DNA from: Candidatus Woesearchaeota archaeon
Lineage (GTDB): Archaea; Nanobdellota; Nanobdellia; Woesearchaeales; UBA10216
DNA length: 54,596 nucleotides
NCBI GenBank assembly: GCA_016180085.1
Contig: JACPBX010000006.1
Span: 1-54,596, forward strand
Direction: 5' to 3'
The notes under the pieces were generated by a model. It did no database searches and had not been told where the DNA came from. It was given only the letters and a program-made list of their open reading frames with translations. Both the position numbers and the translations under genes were made by a program. Numbering within the stretch: the stretch's first letter is position 1; every line of letters starts with the position of its first letter. Below are positions 51,768 through 54,596 of the stretch, piece after piece.

Positions 51768-52040
51768 ATGGCTGAGAATGGCAAAAGGCTGATAATGTTT
51801 ACAGGCACCGAGTGCACCCATTGCCACGAGATGAATCCCCTTGTTGAAAAACTTGAAAAAGAGCTTAATCTGGAGGTTGAGAAGCTGGAGGTCTGGCACA
51901 ACTCTGAGAACATGGCTTTTCTTCAGAAGCTTGACTCTGGCAGGTGTGGAGGGATTCCTTTTTTCTTCAATGAGAAAAGCGGCAAGTGGATTTGCGGCAA
52001 CACGAAGTATGAGAAGCTCAAGGAATGGGCTCTTGGCTGA
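51768..52040 (+). CDS. Thioredoxin/glutaredoxin-like protein
   Basis: FTGTECTHC (CxxC) and GIPFF cis-Pro loop. Confidence 0.85.
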   Translation: MAENGKRLIMFTGTECTHCHEMNPLVEKLEKELNLEVEKLEVWHNSENMAFLQKLDSGRCGGIPFFFNEKSGKWICGNTKYEKLKEWALG

Positions 52041-52043
52041 GAG

Positions 52044-52077
52044 TTTTTGATAAACCTTTTTCGCCAAAAAGGTTTTG
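52044..52077. repeat. 34-bp hairpin repeat, copy 2 (just upstream of lipA)
   Basis: TTTTTGATAAACCTTTTTCGCCAAAAAGGTTTTG. Confidence 0.8.
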
Positions 52078-52086
52078 AGGTATAAC

Positions 52087-53043
52087 ATGCGGATTCAATT
52101 GGCAGCAGAATCAACTCACGTTTATGGCGGCAAGCCCGAGTGGCTGAAGATAAGGCCTCCAACCGAGACGTTCTCAGAGCTGAAGGGGCTTGTTGCGCAT
52201 TTTGGCCTGCATACTGTTTGCCAGGAGGCGCACTGCCCGAATATGTCTGAGTGCTGGAGCGGTGGGACAGCCACGTTCATGGTCCTTGGCGATACGTGCA
52301 CCCGTGGCTGCAAATTTTGCGCTGTTAAGACAGGAAACCCCAGGGGCATTGTCAACAGTGCAGAGCCTTTTATGCTTGCGCAGTGCATAAAGGAAATCAA
52401 CCAGCTGAACGGTGACAAGCTGGACTATATCGTGATTACTTCTGTTGACCGCGATGACCTTCCCGACCAAGGGGCAGGGCACTTTGCAGGCTGCGTGACG
52501 GAGACGAAAAAAGCTGTACCCGGAATCATGGTGGAGGTTTTAACTCCGGATTTCCGCGGCAGCAGGGAATGCATTAAAGCTGTTGTTGATGCCCAGCCTG
52601 ACGTTTTTGACCACAACATTGAAACTGTGAAGAGGCTGCAGCGGAGTGTCCGTGACCCAAGGGCAAATTATGAGCAGTCGCTTTCTGTCTTGGCGACTGC
52701 AAAGGAAATCAACCCCAAAGTATTTACAAAATCGTCCATAATGCTGGGGCTGGGAGAGGCTGAAGAGGAGGTTATTGAGGCAATGAAGGACCTCCTGGCA
52801 GTGGGTGTTGACATCCTTACGCTTGGCCAGTATTTGAGGCCGAGCAGCTGGCACCTGCCTGTTGCAGAGTATGTTCGCCCAGAAAAGTTTAATAAGCTGA
52901 AGCTGGTTGGGGAGGGTTTGGGCTTCAAGTACGTGGCTGCCGGGCCTTTTGTCCGGAGCTCTTACAGGGCAGGCGAGCTCTTTGTGAAGAATGTCTTGAA
53001 AAAGCAGGTTGAAAACGAGCAGGGTGTGAATGGCAGTGGTTGA
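52087..53043 (+). CDS. lipA: Lipoyl synthase (radical SAM)
   Basis: KPEWLK, CQEAHCPNMSEC, CTRGCKFC, TKSSIMLGLGE, TLGQYLRPS, VRSSY. Confidence 0.95.
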   Translation: MRIQLAAESTHVYGGKPEWLKIRPPTETFSELKGLVAHFGLHTVCQEAHCPNMSECWSGGTATFMVLGDTCTRGCKFCAVKTGNPRGIVNSAEPFMLAQCIKEINQLNGDKLDYIVITSVDRDDLPDQGAGHFAGCVTETKKAVPGIMVEVLTPDFRGSRECIKAVVDAQPDVFDHNIETVKRLQRSVRDPRANYEQSLSVLATAKEINPKVFTKSSIMLGLGEAEEEVIEAMKDLLAVGVDILTLGQYLRPSSWHLPVAEYVRPEKFNKLKLVGEGLGFKYVAAGPFVRSSYRAGELFVKNVLKKQVENEQGVNGSG

Positions 53044-54112
53044 GAAGGTTTTGAAGGCTTTCAGCGTGAAGTATCTGCAGGTTCTTGATGAGTCAGGAAA
53101 GGCCGATAAGAAGCTGATGCCGAAGCTGTCTTCGACTCAGCTTGTTGAACTTTACGGGCTTATGGTCCTGTGCAGGAGGTTTGATGAGAAGGCGTTATCG
53201 CTGCAGCGGCAGGGAAGGCTTGGGACTTACGCCTCTGTGCTTGGCCAGGAGGCAGCCCAGGTTGGCGCTGCTTATGCCTTGCACGATGCCGACTGGGTTT
53301 TTCCGACTTACCGCGACTCAGCCTTGCTTATTGCGAGAAAGCAGCCAATGGTGAAGCTGCTGCAGTATTTTGGCGGTGATGAGCGTGGCAGCGTTCCTCC
53401 CGCAGGTGTTAATAATTTTCCAATCTCAATTCCGGTGGGAACCCAGGGGCTTCACGCTGTTGGCGCTGCCATGGCTGCAACGATTACGAAAAAGAAATAC
53501 GCAACTGTTGCGTGCCTTGGCGATGGAGCCAGTTCAGAAGGTGACATGAACGAAGCCATGAACTTTGCGGGCGTTTTCAAGGCTCCGGTGATTTTCCTGT
53601 GCCAGAACAACCAGTATGCTATTTCGGTGCCGATAGGGCAGCAGACCGCAGCCGAGACCATTGCCCAGAAAGCCATTGCCTTCGGGTTTGAGGGCATTCG
53701 GGTTGATGGCAATGACATTCTTGCGGTTTATTCGGCAATGGCTGCGGCTTTGAAAAAGGCTTACCGCGGAGAAGGGCCAACGCTTATTGAGTGTTTCACT
53801 TATCGCCTTGGCAACCATACAACCAGCGATGATGCTTCAAAGTACAGGTCTGAATCTGAAGTCGCTGCCTGGCGCAAAAAAGAGCCTGTGCTGCGGCTGC
53901 GGAAATACCTTGAAAGCAAAAGGCTGTGGAACAGCAAAAAGGAAGAGCAGCTCGCAGCCAAGGTTGACGGGCAGGTTTCCGCTGCAGTGAGCGAATACGA
54001 ATCTGTGCCTAAGCCAGATGTTGAGGATATTTTCAAATACACTTATGCGGAGATGCCGCAGTTTCTGCAGCAACAGCTGGATGAGTATAAGAAGCTAATT
54101 GAGGGCAGATGA
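53030..54112 (+). CDS. pdhA: Pyruvate (2-oxoacid) dehydrogenase E1 alpha
   Basis: LQRQGRLG, GQEA, PTYRD, ThDP motif GDGASSEG...QNNQYAIS, TYRLGNHTTSDD. Confidence 0.92.
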   Translation: MAVVEKVLKAFSVKYLQVLDESGKADKKLMPKLSSTQLVELYGLMVLCRRFDEKALSLQRQGRLGTYASVLGQEAAQVGAAYALHDADWVFPTYRDSALLIARKQPMVKLLQYFGGDERGSVPPAGVNNFPISIPVGTQGLHAVGAAMAATITKKKYATVACLGDGASSEGDMNEAMNFAGVFKAPVIFLCQNNQYAISVPIGQQTAAETIAQKAIAFGFEGIRVDGNDILAVYSAMAAALKKAYRGEGPTLIECFTYRLGNHTTSDDASKYRSESEVAAWRKKEPVLRLRKYLESKRLWNSKKEEQLAAKVDGQVSAAVSEYESVPKPDVEDIFKYTYAEMPQFLQQQLDEYKKLIEGR

Positions 54113-54113
54113 A

Positions 54114-54596
54114 ATGGTTGAGATGAACATTGTGCAGGCTGTAAACTCCGGCCTAAGGTGCGCTATGGCGGACGACAGCAGGGTTGTTGTGCTTGGCGAG
54201 GACGTTGGAGCTGACGGCGGTGTGTTCAGGGCATCCGATGGCCTGCTTAAGCAGTTCGGCCCTAAGCGGGTTATGGACACCCCTCTTGCAGAGTCAGGAA
54301 TCATTGGCGTTTCAATCGGCATGGCTGTTGCCGGGCTGAGACCTGTTGCTGAAATCCAGTTTTCAGGCTTTCTTTACATGGGTTTGGGTCAGCTTATCAA
54401 TCATGCAGCCAGAATCAGGACCCGCAGCAGAGGCAGTTTCAGCTGTCCGCTTGTGGTCAGGACTCCATACAGTGGCGGTATAAAGGCCTTGGAGCACCAT
54501 TCGGAGAGCATGGAAGCGATTTATGCCCACGTTCCAGGCCTGAAGGTTGTCATTCCCTCTTCCCCATACGATGCGAAAGGCCTGTTAATTGCAGCA
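54114..54596 (+). CDS. pdhB: Pyruvate (2-oxoacid) dehydrogenase E1 beta, 5' partial (absent from the ORF track)
   Basis: MVEMNIVQAVN...LGEDVG..GGVFR...DTPLAESGI...EIQF...EHHSES...PGLKVVIPS. Confidence 0.92.
   Translation, partial: MVEMNIVQAVNSGLRCAMADDSRVVVLGEDVGADGGVFRASDGLLKQFGPKRVMDTPLAESGIIGVSIGMAVAGLRPVAEIQFSGFLYMGLGQLINHAARIRTRSRGSFSCPLVVRTPYSGGIKALEHHSESMEAIYAHVPGLKVVIPSSPYDAKGLLIAA

Overview
Archaeal chromosome segment, most likely DPANN (Woesearchaeota-like). This is inferred from GGTG/GAGGTG ribosome-binding sites, TTTAAA/TTTATAA TATA boxes, class III (KKG|) pilin-like leaders, tRNA introns with bulge-helix-bulge (BHB) motifs and small PIN/RHH genes. 1-3.4 kb holds a cluster of toxin-antitoxin (TA) genes interleaved with two broken copies of the 5' end of the next gene. 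3.46-36.05 kb is a single ~10,860-aa secreted protein: about 24 LamG/ConA-like domains, then a beta-helix-like stretch and Ig/FN3-like repeats, with no C-terminal anchor. 36.6-48.5 kb is a type IV pilus-like locus with five pilin-like genes, a secretion ATPase that is frameshifted and carries a 460-aa LAGLIDADG intein, and two T2SS-F proteins separated by another TA pair. Then come an NFACT-R protein, scpA, three tRNAs holding six introns (tRNA-Val(TAC) with three, tRNA-Gly(GCC) with one of 96 nt, and the rare tRNA-Ile(TAT) with two), a thioredoxin-like gene, lipA, pdhA and the start of pdhB. A ~50-bp double-hairpin element occurs three times: intergenic, in frame inside the intein, and inside the tRNA-Gly intron. 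All calls are by eye from sequence motifs; no searches were run.
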